Notes under the pieces: model-generated | Told to the model about the DNA's origin: nothing | Database searches by the model: none | Seen by the model: only the letters and a program-made list of their open reading frames with translations | Source of the DNA: a virus | Taxonomy: Duplodnaviria; Caudoviricetes | Strand: one strand, 5' to 3' | IMG/VR virus record: IMGVR_UViG_3300009136_000006 | Coordinates: 1-60,025 of that record | DNA: 60,025 bases | Program-made: the position numbers and the translations under genes | Part shown: piece after piece, positions 49,265 through 58,521 of the stretch | Position numbering within the stretch: the stretch's first letter is position 1 | Layout of the letters: every line of letters begins with the position of its first letter

Positions 49265-50785
49265 ATGCAATCCAGACAAGTAAAAATAAAAATATTAGAT
49301 GAAGTAAATTGTGTAGTTGTTGGATTAACACCTGACCACTCATTATATTTCTTTGAAGAATATGCCAGACATGCTCCAAATTATTTCTTCAATCCCAAAT
49401 TCAAACTTGGTTCTTGGGATGGTAAGATTCGTTATTTCCATAAAACGGGAAAGACGTATACATACTTGCTGTCTTCAATCATTCCAGCATTATCCGCGTT
49501 CGGTTATAAAATTGAACTTGATGATCAGCGGTTAGGAAAACCATCTGAACCTCCATTAATAGATAAACATTATTTCAGTCACATTGATGATCCTGAAACT
49601 GGTAAACCAATAGTCCTTCGTCCATATCAAGTTGACATGGTCAATGAATTGATAACGTCTGGTGGTGGAATCGGTGTAGCAGGAACTGGTGCTGGTAAAA
49701 CAATAATGAATGCCGCCCTTGTCGAATCGTATGGTAAACTTGGATTGAAATCAATTACGGTTGTACCAAATACTGATTTGATTCAACAAACAAAAGACGA
49801 GTTTATCTATTGGGGATTAGATACTGGTGAGTATAGTGGCGACATTAAAGACATCAAACACGAACACGTAATATCAACCTGGCAAGCATTACAGAACAAC
49901 AAAAAGATAATTAGTGAATTTGATTTAGTTGTAGTTGATGAATGTCACGGATTGAAAGGTCAAGTATTAACCGACCTTCTTAACAATCACGGAAAAGGAA
50001 TATTATATCGGTTCGGATTAACAGCAACAATTCCAAAACCAGAAACTGATGCAATGGCTGTTCGTATTGCTGTTGGAGATGTTCAGTATACAATTCCTGC
50101 TCATGTCTTACAAGCACAAGGATACCTTGCATCAATTCATATTAACATCATGCAATTGGAAGAAGATTTTACTGAACAATATGAACGTTATTTGGTCGAG
50201 TGGGATGAAATGTCTGATACGTCAAAAACTCTGCACAAGAAGATGACGTATATTCAATTTAAAGATTCATACTTTCCAGAATATGCTGCTGAAAAAAGAT
50301 ACCTTCAATCTAACAAAGAACGACTTGAATGGATTACAATGTACATTGAAGCGAAACGTGATATGAAAAAGGGGAACGTTTTCTGTTTGGTAGATGGTAT
50401 TAACTTTGGTAAAAAGTTGGCAAAGATGATTCCAGAAGCTATTTTTGTTTACGGAAAAGATAAAAAGGCAGCAAGGAAACAAATATATGAATTGTTTAGA
50501 GACAATGATAACCTTGTTGTAATTGCGACTGTTAATATCGCAAGTACAGGATTAAACATTAAACGAATATTTAATCTGATATTCATCGATGTCGGGAAAT
50601 CTTTTATTCGGGTAATTCAAACGATTGGACGTGGATTGAGAAAAGCACCAGACAAAGACCATGTGGATGCTACAGATATTTGTACCGATTTGAAATACGG
50701 TAAAAAACATGTTAGGGAAAGAATAAAGTTTTATAAGGAAGCAAAATACCCACACAAGAAGAGAAAAGTTGATTACACTAATTAG
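49265..50785 (+). CDS. uvsW: SF2 DNA helicase (UvsW-like)
   Basis: WDGKIR, LRPYQ, GTGAGKT, VDECH, GLTAT, QTIGRGLR; start uncertain (49163-49265). Confidence 0.92.
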   Translation: MQSRQVKIKILDEVNCVVVGLTPDHSLYFFEEYARHAPNYFFNPKFKLGSWDGKIRYFHKTGKTYTYLLSSIIPALSAFGYKIELDDQRLGKPSEPPLIDKHYFSHIDDPETGKPIVLRPYQVDMVNELITSGGGIGVAGTGAGKTIMNAALVESYGKLGLKSITVVPNTDLIQQTKDEFIYWGLDTGEYSGDIKDIKHEHVISTWQALQNNKKIISEFDLVVVDECHGLKGQVLTDLLNNHGKGILYRFGLTATIPKPETDAMAVRIAVGDVQYTIPAHVLQAQGYLASIHINIMQLEEDFTEQYERYLVEWDEMSDTSKTLHKKMTYIQFKDSYFPEYAAEKRYLQSNKERLEWITMYIEAKRDMKKGNVFCLVDGINFGKKLAKMIPEAIFVYGKDKKAARKQIYELFRDNDNLVVIATVNIASTGLNIKRIFNLIFIDVGKSFIRVIQTIGRGLRKAPDKDHVDATDICTDLKYGKKHVRERIKFYKEAKYPHKKRKVDYTN

Positions 50786-50814
50786 TTGACTTTTTCCCAA
50801 AAGTAATCTATAAT
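50786..50814 (+). promoter_or_regulatory. sigma70-type early promoter
   Basis: TTGACT-N17-TATAAT. Confidence 0.85.
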
Positions 50815-50843
50815 GTAGCAATAATAATAAAAATAGGCAACAT

Positions 50844-51332
50844 ATGTTAATATTCGATGACAATTCTGAAGCAATAATATTAGAAAGCATTTACTCCCCA
50901 ACATTAACTGAATACTTTTGGGTGATTGATTTATCCATATTGGATTTTACTCTGACACCGCTTCTTGTGTTGGAAGAAATCATTAGTCCATCAGTGACAT
51001 TAAATATTCGAGGATTCAATTTTATTGTCCCATCAAATTGGAACATCCTTGTTTTCTCTGAAGAAACTCAACAACTTGACATCGTTCCTGTTGGAGATAT
51101 TGCTGGAAGAGAGTTCACTGCACTTGTCGGAGGACCAAACGTTCACGGATCTGAGGCAGGATTAGTCACGGTGGTCGATTACACACCAGAACATCAACAC
51201 GTAGCACCATCTTTGAATAAACATCAAATGCTTTGTCATCCTATAGGCCCAGAAGAATGGGTTAATATTGCCCCTGCTGATACATACAATAAATATCTAA
51301 AAGAATTAGTCACAGGCGACATATTAACATAG
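50844..51332 (+). CDS. hypothetical beta-rich protein, possible degenerate Hint fold
   Basis: 162 aa; VTLNIRGFNFIVPSNWNILV resembles Hint block B spacing but lacks the TxxH residues. Confidence 0.6.
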   Translation: MLIFDDNSEAIILESIYSPTLTEYFWVIDLSILDFTLTPLLVLEEIISPSVTLNIRGFNFIVPSNWNILVFSEETQQLDIVPVGDIAGREFTALVGGPNVHGSEAGLVTVVDYTPEHQHVAPSLNKHQMLCHPIGPEEWVNIAPADTYNKYLKELVTGDILT

Positions 51333-51342
51333 GAGAGATGAC

Positions 51343-51762
51343 ATGGATGATTTAGAATCATTTGAGAGTAAACCAACAATAACATTTGACGAATTTAAAG
51401 CATGGTTATCAGGATTAGTAGTGGGTAAAGGTGGCGCTGTACCCGACATTAACGACTGGAAGAAGATCAAGAAAATGATGGATAAAGTAGTTGAGGCAGA
51501 ACCATATCAACCAATATTTCCACAAATTCCACTCATTCCTGGCAGACCTGAAAATCCATTCACGCATCCAATATTTCCATACGATGATTCTGGTACACCG
51601 TTCAATCCATGGATTGAACCAACGACGACACCTGTTTTACCGAATCAAGATTGGACAATAACATGTGGAGATACGTTAGTTTGGGCAAATCCAGATAATG
51701 TAAAGACAACTACTACCTTTGATATTGATGCATCAAACGAATTACAATTAAACGAGAAATAA
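51343..51762 (+). CDS. hypothetical Pro-rich protein
   Basis: N-terminal EFKAWLSG...W.KI domain shared with next ORF; AGGAG RBS. Confidence 0.65.
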   Translation: MDDLESFESKPTITFDEFKAWLSGLVVGKGGAVPDINDWKKIKKMMDKVVEAEPYQPIFPQIPLIPGRPENPFTHPIFPYDDSGTPFNPWIEPTTTPVLPNQDWTITCGDTLVWANPDNVKTTTTFDIDASNELQLNEK

Positions 51763-51763
51763 A

Positions 51764-52168
51764 ATGGCAGAAGAAAATAAAAATAATATATCGCTCGAAG
51801 AATTTAGAGCATGGTTACAAGGTGTAGAAGAAATGCAAGAAGATGATTGGGCTCCTAACACTACTCAGTGGAAAAAGATCCGCGAAAAGATTGATAATAT
51901 CGCTGCATCACAACAAGCATTCGTTCCTTATCCAACGCATCAACCAATGTCGCAAGGAGTAATTCATCACCAGCCACAACCTGGTGTTTTAATGCAAGAT
52001 GAAGAAGGTGGAGTAATTCCTGGTCCGAGTGCGCTTGATACGCAACTTCGAGCACCAACGAAAAATATAGAGTTGAATCCAGACGCGCCAATTGCAAAAG
52101 GACAAGAGCAAGTAAAGACGCCGAATATCGACACAGCTGATGGTGATTACAAGAGTGCATTCGCATAA
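51764..52168 (+). CDS. hypothetical protein, paralog of previous ORF
   Basis: EFRAWLQG...WKKI domain. Confidence 0.65.
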   Translation: MAEENKNNISLEEFRAWLQGVEEMQEDDWAPNTTQWKKIREKIDNIAASQQAFVPYPTHQPMSQGVIHHQPQPGVLMQDEEGGVIPGPSALDTQLRAPTKNIELNPDAPIAKGQEQVKTPNIDTADGDYKSAFA

Positions 52169-52712
52169 AACAGAACTGAATGATCGAACGTTATGGTTCG
52201 ATGGGGATTCTACAATCTCAGCCGATCAACTAACCAGCTTGTTATCAATTTTAAGTGGTGACACTAGTGGGTTATTTGTAGATGAGATAACTGATGATAT
52301 CAAACAATTCAATGTACTTGTATCGTCCGATCAACAAATTAAAATAAAGGATGACATCACAAAACTGGATACAACATGGAACATTCCACAAGAATATCTT
52401 GACCTTAATCTTGCAACATATTTTGTTGATAGATTTGAGGATGAATATCAATTAGATGGTGATCATTCTGAGCAGTATTGGAAAACCCGCGCAACTCGCA
52501 TATCAGACGAAATAAAATTATATAAAGGATTAAAATTAGAAAACGTATTACGGACGATTATTTATATCATAAATACCCTTGATTCGAAAAAAGTCGTGTG
52601 GGGCGTTGGTCGTGGTAGTAGTGTATCATCGTACTTATTGTATCTAATTGGGGTACATAATGTCGATAGTGTTGAGCATGAGCTTGACATAACCGATTTT
52701 CTTCGAATATAA
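52140..52712 (+). CDS. DNA polymerase III alpha (DnaE) fragment, palm-proximal piece
   Basis: RISDEI.LY, WGVGRGSSVSSYLLYLIGVHNVD matches DnaE G.GRGS..GS...Y.L.IT.VDP; only 190 aa. Confidence 0.8.
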   Translation: MVITRVHSHKTELNDRTLWFDGDSTISADQLTSLLSILSGDTSGLFVDEITDDIKQFNVLVSSDQQIKIKDDITKLDTTWNIPQEYLDLNLATYFVDRFEDEYQLDGDHSEQYWKTRATRISDEIKLYKGLKLENVLRTIIYIINTLDSKKVVWGVGRGSSVSSYLLYLIGVHNVDSVEHELDITDFLRI

Positions 52713-52730
52713 ATATAAGGAGAACACTAA

Positions 52731-52952
52731 ATGCCAAGAAAAACTAGAAGTGCGAAAGGCGTAATGATTGATTTTGATTTGTTGAAGATCAAACAGCAAA
52801 TTGCATCAGCACCGCCAACAACCGATGTAAAAAAGCGTGAAGATTTTATCGACCGTAAACTTCGTCGTCGTGTCAAAAGAATAAAAAAGGTTGAGCCAGT
52901 TGTAGAAGACGTAGTAGAAACAGAAACAGAAGATAAAAAAGAAGAGGAATAA
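52731..52952 (+). CDS. small hypothetical protein
   Basis: 73 aa, RSAKGVMIDFDLL; AAGGAG RBS; TATAAATA at 52708-52715. Confidence 0.7.
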   Translation: MPRKTRSAKGVMIDFDLLKIKQQIASAPPTTDVKKREDFIDRKLRRRVKRIKKVEPVVEDVVETETEDKKEEE

Positions 52953-52955
52953 AAC

Positions 52956-53264
52956 ATGCTAACACCACTATTCGACGGAATTTTGTTTATTTTTGTAGAC
53001 GATCTTAAAAAAGGTTTCTTTCAAACAAAAACAGATTGGGGATTTCAATTAAGAGGAAATTCTGATGACTCTGCGCAAAGTGGACGATGGGGCAAAGTTG
53101 TCGCTGTCGGTCCTGATGTACCAGAAGATGAAGTAGAAAATGGAACATTCATTTTCGTTGAACCGTTGATGTGGACAAAAGGAGTTAAGCATGACGATGT
53201 GGAAGTTTGGAAAACGGACATTACAAAAGTAATGGCTGTTTCCAGTGACTATCCAAAAGACTAA
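52956..53264 (+). CDS. GroES-like co-chaperonin (T4 gp31 analogue)
   Basis: LTPLFDGIL, KTDWGFQL mobile-loop-like segment, GKVVAVGPD; 102 aa. Confidence 0.8.
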   Translation: MLTPLFDGILFIFVDDLKKGFFQTKTDWGFQLRGNSDDSAQSGRWGKVVAVGPDVPEDEVENGTFIFVEPLMWTKGVKHDDVEVWKTDITKVMAVSSDYPKD

Positions 53265-53293
53265 AAACATTATTTAAAGGGAGTTTAATTGTA

Positions 53294-54952
53294 ATGTGGT
53301 TTGGAATCTTCACCTTATTCACTGCTTTAACAATCAGTGTAATTGCTGCGTGGTATAGTATCATTGGCTTGACTGCAATTTTTGCAGCGGCCTTCCTGCC
53401 TATCGTTCTGATGGGTGGTAGCTTAGAAGTTGGTAAAGTTGTCACTGCTGTTTGGTTGCACCAAAACTGGCAACGAGCTAATAATTTAATGCGATCATAT
53501 TTAATAACGGCGACAGTTGTGTTGATGCTCGTTACAAGTATGGGTATATTTGGATTCCTGAGTAAAGCTCACATTGAACAAACTGCAGCATCAGAAGAGA
53601 ATGTTGCAAAGATCGAACAATATACAAATGAAGCTACTCGTCAGGGGCAAATCATTGAACGATCAACTATTAAAATCGATTCATTAGAAAGTGCTGGTGC
53701 ATCAACTGATACAAAATTCCAAGCGCAAATCGATCAAGAACAGATTCGGATTGATTCAGCGTATGAAAGAATTCAACCAGCACTCGCCGAACAAAACGTT
53801 ATAATCGCTGACCAAACAAAACTTTATCAAGAACAACTCGACAAAGTAAAAGCAAATCTTATTTTGTACGAACGATATATTGATGAAGGTGAGATCAAAA
53901 AGGCACAATCGTTAATCGGTACAAAACCTGATGGAAGTTGGAAAGGACTTACTGTTATTGCTGCTGAAAAGTGGGTAGGGAAACAAGAAAAAGAACTTGC
54001 AAGACTTATTGCTAAGATTGAAGACGTGTCACAAAACAATTCAGCAATTCTCGCAGCGAGAGCTGAGATTACTCGTTTGCGTCAAAGTGCAGAAAGTCAA
54101 ATTGCACAATCAAATACACTCATTAACAGATTACGTAGCAAAATTGGTACTACAGAAACAACAAACGTTGAAGCACTTGTCGATGAGCACTATGCAAAAA
54201 TTACCAACGCGAACGCAGAGATTGAAAGATTGACAACTGCGAGATATGAATTAGAAGGGGAGTACAGAAAGTTAGAAGCTGAAGTAGGCCCAATCAAATA
54301 TATCGCAGAGTTTGTGTATGGTCAGGAAGCTGATCGTGAACTGTTAGAAGAAGCAGTCAAATGGGTTATCATCATGTTAATATTTGTATTCGATCCACTT
54401 GCTATTTGTTTAATACTTGCAGGTGCTCAACAAATTCAATGGTCAATGAAAACCAAACCCAAAGAACAAGCAGTCACATTAGGTCCAGCACCTGGTGTTC
54501 CGCCTGTTAATGATGTTGTTCTCGATTCTCCTGATGTTCCATTTACAGTAGTTGATGATGCGGAGGTATCAGAATTTGTATTGGATGACACAAAAGAAGA
54601 ATATCCATCATTTGATAGTTTCACGGATGAAGAAACACATGAAGAGCCTGAACCTACAATTGAAACAATAGAAGAGCCAACGCAATCTATTGTCGACAGC
54701 ATGGAAAAACTTGAACCTAAAGCTGAGACAGAACAGCAAAAGAATACCAGATTAAAGAAAGCATTACAACAAAACAACCAAGAAAGAGAACAGTTGATTG
54801 AGGCAACAAAGAAAGAAGATCGTCTTCCACAATTGGAGCCAATAAAACAAAAATCGGAAATCAAAACAACTGATGTGTTACCCCCAATTAAAGTAGCAGA
54901 CTTTAATTCGGTTGCTGGAACAGGAAAACCGTTCGAGAAGAAACACAAATAG
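53294..54952 (+). CDS. membrane-anchored coiled-coil protein
   Basis: three N-terminal hydrophobic helices, GIFGFLSKAH, long coiled coil, EVGPIKYIA, FVFDPLA helix, acidic tail. Confidence 0.75.
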   Translation: MWFGIFTLFTALTISVIAAWYSIIGLTAIFAAAFLPIVLMGGSLEVGKVVTAVWLHQNWQRANNLMRSYLITATVVLMLVTSMGIFGFLSKAHIEQTAASEENVAKIEQYTNEATRQGQIIERSTIKIDSLESAGASTDTKFQAQIDQEQIRIDSAYERIQPALAEQNVIIADQTKLYQEQLDKVKANLILYERYIDEGEIKKAQSLIGTKPDGSWKGLTVIAAEKWVGKQEKELARLIAKIEDVSQNNSAILAARAEITRLRQSAESQIAQSNTLINRLRSKIGTTETTNVEALVDEHYAKITNANAEIERLTTARYELEGEYRKLEAEVGPIKYIAEFVYGQEADRELLEEAVKWVIIMLIFVFDPLAICLILAGAQQIQWSMKTKPKEQAVTLGPAPGVPPVNDVVLDSPDVPFTVVDDAEVSEFVLDDTKEEYPSFDSFTDEETHEEPEPTIETIEEPTQSIVDSMEKLEPKAETEQQKNTRLKKALQQNNQEREQLIEATKKEDRLPQLEPIKQKSEIKTTDVLPPIKVADFNSVAGTGKPFEKKHK

Positions 54953-54955
54953 TTG

Positions 54956-54984
54956 TTGACTTTGCATACGGAGTATTGTATGCT
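54956..54984 (+). promoter_or_regulatory. sigma70-type early promoter
   Basis: TTGACT-N17-TATGCT. Confidence 0.75.
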
Positions 54985-55028
54985 ACCTATTGAAAGTACT
55001 GTATGTCAATAGGATAATAATAACAATA

Positions 55029-55961
55029 ATGAATACACAATTACAAAAACTTTGGGTCGAGAAATACAGACCCTCCAACTTAGAAGATTATATCTTCCAG
55101 TCAGCAAACCAAAAAGTATCTTTTGAGAAGATGCTGGACGAAAAAAGCATTCCAAATCTCCTTCTTTCTGGAGTTCAGGGGTCAGGCAAAACAACAATGG
55201 CTCTGATCCTATTACAACAACTTGATCTCGACGAGACAGATATTCTGATCATTAATGCATCAGATGAAAACTCTGTTGATACAATGCGAGATAAGTTGAA
55301 AAGCTTTATATCAACGTTTGCAATCGGTCCTTTTAAAGTTGTACTTCTTGAAGAAGCTGATTACATAACTCACAACGGACAAGCGATATTACGTCGAATG
55401 ATGGAAGAGTTTTCAGATTCAGCCAGATTTATTCTTACGTGCAACTACGAACACAAAATCATTCCACAAGTTTCGTCTCGTTGTCAGCATTATCGTTTTA
55501 AGTCATTCGACAAAGACGATATTGCAGAAAGAGTTGTTGAGATTCTTGCAACAGAACACATAAAGTTCAATCTCGAACTAATTGACAAATATGTAGCAGC
55601 AGGTTATCCAGATGTACGAAAGATCATTCAACTTCTTCAACAAAATTCTGTTGATGGAGTTTTACTGGAACCAACTTCCACAGACGAGGCAGGAGATTAT
55701 AAGTTTCAGTTACTTGATTTAATTGAACGTGATCTTTGGTTTGACATTCGTAAGCTATTATGCGGAGCAGTTTCAGCAGAAGAGTGGGAAGATGTATACA
55801 GATTTTTATATGAAAATTTAGAGAAGGGTGCTAAGTTTTCAAATCAGGAAAAATGGGAGGCAGGAATTGTTATTATTGCTGATCACCTATACAAACATGG
55901 TGTTGTAGCAGACCCAGAAATAAATGCATGTGCAATGTTTATAAGACTTGCAACAATTTAA
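55029..55961 (+). CDS. clamp loader ATPase subunit (T4 gp44 / RFC-like)
   Basis: LWVEKYRP, GVQGSGKTT, INASDE, EEAD, FILTCN, SRC motifs. Confidence 0.94.
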   Translation: MNTQLQKLWVEKYRPSNLEDYIFQSANQKVSFEKMLDEKSIPNLLLSGVQGSGKTTMALILLQQLDLDETDILIINASDENSVDTMRDKLKSFISTFAIGPFKVVLLEEADYITHNGQAILRRMMEEFSDSARFILTCNYEHKIIPQVSSRCQHYRFKSFDKDDIAERVVEILATEHIKFNLELIDKYVAAGYPDVRKIIQLLQQNSVDGVLLEPTSTDEAGDYKFQLLDLIERDLWFDIRKLLCGAVSAEEWEDVYRFLYENLEKGAKFSNQEKWEAGIVIIADHLYKHGVVADPEINACAMFIRLATI

Positions 55962-55974
55962 TAGGAGAATGATA

Positions 55975-56907
55975 ATGAATAAAGAAAGTATCAAGAATGG
56001 TTGGGAAAGATTTGTAGACGAAAACAAACAAGAAGAACTTACATTTGATAATGGGCCTACATCTGGTGGTTATGCATTTCAGCCTGTACCCGCAACTATC
56101 GACGATAATATTTTAACGATTAATGGCGGTGACGATTTGGATATGCTGGTTAGTATTCAACGTGATGGTACTCTCGAATATGGTAAAAATTATAATCCAG
56201 ATGAAGCTGCAAAAGTCTTTTGGGATTGTCTTTCCATGTACTCGCCAACCGCAGAACTGATGAAAGAGATTGAAGAACTAAAAGCACAACTTGCTGACGC
56301 AACAAGAGTTCCAAATGAAATTATTGGACTTGCACCTCCATCAAATGAAAATATTGGTATGGCAGGTCCAGATGTTCGAGGCGGAGGTGCGAAACTTCAA
56401 TTTGTGGGTGAGCCTGTAACCGATAGAACAGATTGGGTTCAAGACGACTGGGTGGTAGACGAACAAGGTAAAGCTCAGATTAGAGATGGTGGGTGGGAAG
56501 AAGAACCTAACACAGTTGACGTCAAAATAGAGAATGTAAACTTGGGTAGCATTTGGTATAATCAAAACGAACAAGATGCGGGAATGTATTACGTCGATCC
56601 TGATGGTAAAGAAATGCTGTTAAGTGATTGGGCTGAATATTATGATCAGAAAGAAGGTGAGAAAGAAGTTGCTGAAACTTGGGACGATATTGCGAAATTT
56701 GATATCGATAATGGACATTGGGGTGTGATAACAACATACGATCCACTTTCGTTACAAGAAGACTTCATCTTTCCCTCACAATGTCCCGCCAAAGGTTCAC
56801 AAGTAGAAACTCTTCCTGAAACTACCGCAGAAGAACTTTTGCAGAAGATTAGAGATATGGCAAAAGAAGAAACACCATACGAACGAGCAATGAAGGTAGT
56901 AGAATAA
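55975..56907 (+). CDS. hypothetical acidic protein
   Basis: ORF with AGGAG RBS; C-terminal YERAMKVV. Confidence 0.65.
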   Translation: MNKESIKNGWERFVDENKQEELTFDNGPTSGGYAFQPVPATIDDNILTINGGDDLDMLVSIQRDGTLEYGKNYNPDEAAKVFWDCLSMYSPTAELMKEIEELKAQLADATRVPNEIIGLAPPSNENIGMAGPDVRGGGAKLQFVGEPVTDRTDWVQDDWVVDEQGKAQIRDGGWEEEPNTVDVKIENVNLGSIWYNQNEQDAGMYYVDPDGKEMLLSDWAEYYDQKEGEKEVAETWDDIAKFDIDNGHWGVITTYDPLSLQEDFIFPSQCPAKGSQVETLPETTAEELLQKIRDMAKEETPYERAMKVVE

Positions 56908-57272
56908 TGGCTAGAAAAAAGAAACCAGAAAACGAGACTGATCAGGAAGCACGACTTCGACAATTGTTTGAATCGATTGCGAACGATGCAACCAGAAGCG
57001 AAAAGACATCTTGGAATCGCAAGATGAACAACATGGTTAAGTTGATTGCTTTGTTACGACCAATCGAACAAGAGATTCTTGATCTGATGGCATCGAAGTT
57101 ACCGATTGCTGATGACATTGCTGCACTTCGTCAAGAGATGGTCAAAGAATGTATTCATCCTCTCGAACAGTTGATTAATAAAGAAGATCACATCGAATGT
57201 AAATTTTGTAATCGTAAAATTAATACCACCGGATTCTGGTGGGATGGAATAACGCGTGACACAGAAGACTAG
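56907..57272 (+). CDS. hypothetical protein with C-terminal zinc ribbon
   Basis: CIHP...CKFC; coupled TAATG start. Confidence 0.65.
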   Translation: MARKKKPENETDQEARLRQLFESIANDATRSEKTSWNRKMNNMVKLIALLRPIEQEILDLMASKLPIADDIAALRQEMVKECIHPLEQLINKEDHIECKFCNRKINTTGFWWDGITRDTED

Positions 57273-57729
57273 AAAGCTTGATATATTTCGCGTATTAGAC
57301 AACACAAGTAAAAAGAATGTTGACTTCTACGCAGACTTAACCGAAGAAGAACAAAAGGGATATGTCCCACTTGTTACGATGCGGTGGCTGACTGGAACAA
57401 AGGACGCAAGACAAATTTATTTTATCAATGAACTTGTTAACCCTTTTGTGTTTGCGTTTACTAAACACAAAGAATTATTGTATCAGTTGATGACATGTTG
57501 CACAACCGGAAAGGTGCAACGATATTATTGGAACAAAGCACAATCAAAAAAGAGTACAAGTACACCAGCAATTATTAGTGTGATTAAAGAGTTCTTTAAT
57601 TATAGTACGATACACGCAATTGAATCACTACCACTATTGGCAAACGAAGATATTTTAGAATATGCTGAACAATTGGGTAGACAGAAAGAAGACATCGCAA
57701 AAATTAAAAAAGAATTGAAGACTCGATGA
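57256..57729 (+). CDS. clamp loader small subunit (T4 gp62-like)
   Basis: YVPLVTMRWL, INELVN, HKELLYQL, IKEFFNYS pattern; near gp44-like gene. Confidence 0.65.
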   Translation: MTQKTRKLDIFRVLDNTSKKNVDFYADLTEEEQKGYVPLVTMRWLTGTKDARQIYFINELVNPFVFAFTKHKELLYQLMTCCTTGKVQRYYWNKAQSKKSTSTPAIISVIKEFFNYSTIHAIESLPLLANEDILEYAEQLGRQKEDIAKIKKELKTR

Positions 57730-58406
57730 ACAAAGAAAGATTTAGTTGTAATTATTGTACTGCAACATTCGTAACAGAAGATCGTTATGTTAAGCATTAC
57801 TGCAAACAAATGCAACGGATAGACGAACTGCAAACTCCAACTGGACAAGCAGCGTGGGCGTTTTATCAACGGTGGATGAAAGCATATCGTCGGATGGTGC
57901 CACATATTGATTCTTTCTCCAAATCAAAATATTATCAATCGTTTGTTAGATTCGCCGAAAGTGTCAAGAGGTTAAATATTCCTGATCCTGAAGCGTTTAT
58001 CAATCTGATGAAAGAGAAAGATATTTCACCAACGATTTGGACAAACGATCAAGTGTATGCTTTATATCTCGAATTCCTTGATCGTCGAGCAACTCCAATT
58101 AGTCAAGCGAAGATAACAATCAACACAATATTTAATATTGCTGACGCTGCTGACTGTGAAACTGGAGAAGTGTTTAACGTACTTGAACCAAACGAAGTGA
58201 TCATGCTTCTTCGAGAAAGACGGTTATCTCCGTGGATTTTATTATTCAGTAGAAAATTTAAGGAAATGCTTATTAATCGCGTTAGTGATGAGCAACGAAT
58301 CATAATGGAATCTATTATTAGACCACAATATTGGACGATTAAATTTAGTAAGCATCCTGAAGATGTTGTCACAATGAGAAAGTACGTCGAAGAGTTAGAT
58401 ATTTAA
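57726..58406 (+). CDS. C2H2-type zinc finger protein
   Basis: FSCNYCTATF......KHYC; RLSPWILL. Confidence 0.7.
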   Translation: MNKERFSCNYCTATFVTEDRYVKHYCKQMQRIDELQTPTGQAAWAFYQRWMKAYRRMVPHIDSFSKSKYYQSFVRFAESVKRLNIPDPEAFINLMKEKDISPTIWTNDQVYALYLEFLDRRATPISQAKITINTIFNIADAADCETGEVFNVLEPNEVIMLLRERRLSPWILLFSRKFKEMLINRVSDEQRIIMESIIRPQYWTIKFSKHPEDVVTMRKYVEELDI

Positions 58407-58521
58407 TACCCCAAACTTCCTGTTTGGCTCCTACCATAAATATAACATTAGCGGATTTATGCCCTCGCATAAATACCACTTATACGTATGTTTAACATAT
58501 TTTAAGGAGAGCGTATTACAA

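Noticed and set aside
49108-49302. Small ORF between uvsY-like and uvsW-like genes
   Set aside because: Overlaps both neighbours with no clear RBS; cannot be supported, though not excluded.
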